Assembly (NCBI GenBank): GCA_976551045.1
Contig: CDPCPM010000029.1
Coordinates: 14,136,001 to 14,200,000, forward strand
Direction of reading: 5' to 3'
DNA length: 64,000 nt
Source of the DNA: Glaucostegus cemiculus
Taxonomy: Eukaryota
Part shown: one piece after another, positions 62,200-64,000 of the stretch
Numbering within the stretch: the first letter of the stretch is position 1
How the letters are laid out: each line of letters opens with the position of its first letter
Made by a program: the position numbers and the translations under genes
The notes under the pieces: generated by a model
Databases searched by the model: none
The model's input: the letters and a program-made list of their open reading frames with translations, nothing else
Told to the model about the DNA's origin: nothing

Positions 62200-64000
62200 T
62201 TTGGGCATGATTATTCTCTAGTACACCACTCTATTCATTATTAATGATTGAGTATTGACTGTCTTTCACCTAATCCTGCAGTCCTGACTATGCACTATGT
62301 TGAATCTTTTGCAAATCACTTCAAATCTTTCTCCTCTAGTCCTCTGCTCCTTTGCTAAAGGGAATAGTTTCCATTTACTGGTCTAAATCTGGCATGATTT
62401 TTTGTACGCTTATCAAGTCTCCTTTCAACCTTCTCTGCTTAAAGGAAAATGGCCAGTGATTCTCCAGTTGATATTCCATTCATTCCTGGAACCATTCTAG
62501 GAAATCTCTTCTATTCACTCTTCCATTTTCACATACCTCCCAGACTGTGGTGATGAGAATTGGACCCTATACTGTAGTTCTGGCTTAGCCTTTGATTTTT
62601 AAAAGTTCAGCATAACCTTCTATGTATCTCCAGTGGTCTCTATTTCTGCTGAGGTATTGACAGCATCATTTTCCATGGTCAAGACTGATTCAGGGCAGTA
62701 CTTTTAAGTATTTCACCTATGCCCATACATTCATTGCCTTATGGACCCTCTCTATTTGGCCCAAATCTTTTAACTACTCAATTGTATGTCTATAAAAGAC
62801 CATTCATAATCCTTTTTATGTTGACTGTCAGTCTATTCTCACAATCTTTGTCCTTATTTCTTTTTCCCTTTCCTTTTGAGCTGTCTGTATTCAGTTAGGT
62901 TCTCGTGTGTCAGGCTGATAATTTGTCATGCACCCCTTGTTTTGGTTTATCTTGGTTATCTTTACAGAGAATTTGGAGAATTTTACAGAGAAAGCATTGG
63001 TGGTATGTTTCCAGAAACTTTATATGCCTGCTGCAGTTAGTCCGAGTTTCAGAAGCAGAGGGTAGGGTAGGGGTCACTGCTGCCCAGGAGACAATGAGTT
63101 TCTTGCTAGGTTTGAGGTATTGATCTTCACACACTGATGTCAGTGCCCTTGTCCAGGCCAATATCCCTAGCACTGTCTCCCTAATTACATTCAGTTGACT
63201 CTGTAAGATGGGCCATATTCCATATTGTTTCCAGACTCCTGAAACGGAAACTTTTCCAAGCTCAGTCAGACAAAGAAATAACCAGGCAGATGGAGGAAAA
63301 GATTCAAGGATAAAGCCACCCTGTAAAGGTGCAACATCCCCACTGACTCCTAGAAATCCCTGGACCATAACTGCTTCAAGTGGAGGAGGAGGATTTCAGT
63401 GGTACTGAGAACCCAGAGCCCAAGCAATGCAAGTACACAAAAGCCCAGTGTAAATAGCAGAAGGAATGTATCAGCTCACAAGCTATCTTTCCACTCATTC
63501 CATTTGTGGAGGAGCCTACCATTCCCACTTCAGCTTTGTTGGTTACCTCAAAACCCACAGAACCAAAATGGTAGTGAGTCATCCTTACTCCAGAGGCAGT
63601 GCTTAAGAAATTTCTAGTGTGTTCTGACTTTGATCTACCTTTTTGTGCAATGTACCTCAGCTATATCCAGATCAATCTCTTTATAGGTCATCAATTGCTC
63701 TATTACAGTTTTGTCTGTCAGTTGTCAGTTTCCCCTCCTCATCCACCTGAAGTGTGCTCCCCATGAATTGAAGAATGCTCCTCTAGCTTGCACCTTGCAC
63801 TTATCCATTACAAATCAAAATCCTCTGATACTGTATTTTCTGTTCCTAAGTGCTTCCCCATAGATAATTGGTCAACTTAACCTACTCCATTCCTTAGAAT
63901 TTGAACCAGTAATGTTTTAATGTAGCAGGAACATACTGATCATGAAAGCTCACCCGAAGTAGTTTAAAAAAAAAATTTCCTCCTCAGTGCCTTTTGCTCT
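62200..64000 (-). mobile_element. Several decayed antisense LINE fragments
   Basis: Reverse-complement CR1-like segments (AAGTCTCCTTTCAACCTTCTCTGCTT, CCTCCCAGACTGTGGTGATGAGAATTGGAC; endonuclease-like remnants at about 63.6-64 kb); the 62.9-63.6 kb part is unclassified. Confidence 0.5.

Noticed and set aside
62910-63368. 152-aa antisense ORF inside a TMEM33 intron
   Set aside because: No recognisable domain; embedded among decayed repeats and probably transposon-derived.

Overview
AT-rich vertebrate genomic DNA, most likely from a cartilaginous fish (ray/shark), judged from HE1-like V-SINEs, HER1/CR1-type LINE tails and an abundant Penelope-type terminal repeat. The only supportable protein-coding gene is TMEM33 (+ strand): a CpG-island promoter and non-coding exon at about 46.5-47.3 kb, then six coding exons (50871-61845, 611 nt); the last exon lies beyond the window. 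One TMEM33 intron (54519-56107) is a clear U12-type (minor spliceosome) GT-AG intron. The 46 kb upstream is a gene desert, by human synteny probably the PHOX2B-TMEM33 interval. It holds a CpG-retaining, transposon-poor domain of about 15 kb (about 22.7-38.3 kb) with a candidate spliced minus-strand lncRNA (possibly the LINC00682 counterpart). That candidate has a hairpin-dense first exon, a 21-codon ORF and paired PHOX2-like sites upstream. Other content: about 10 copies of a short repeat with a minimal type I hammerhead-ribozyme core, a decayed PIF/Harbinger transposase, nested retroelement insertions, a 121-bp duplication split by a LINE tail, and a divergent CTCF-like motif pair. Most ORFs in the supplied track are spurious or transposon-derived. 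Repeat boundaries are approximate and read by eye.
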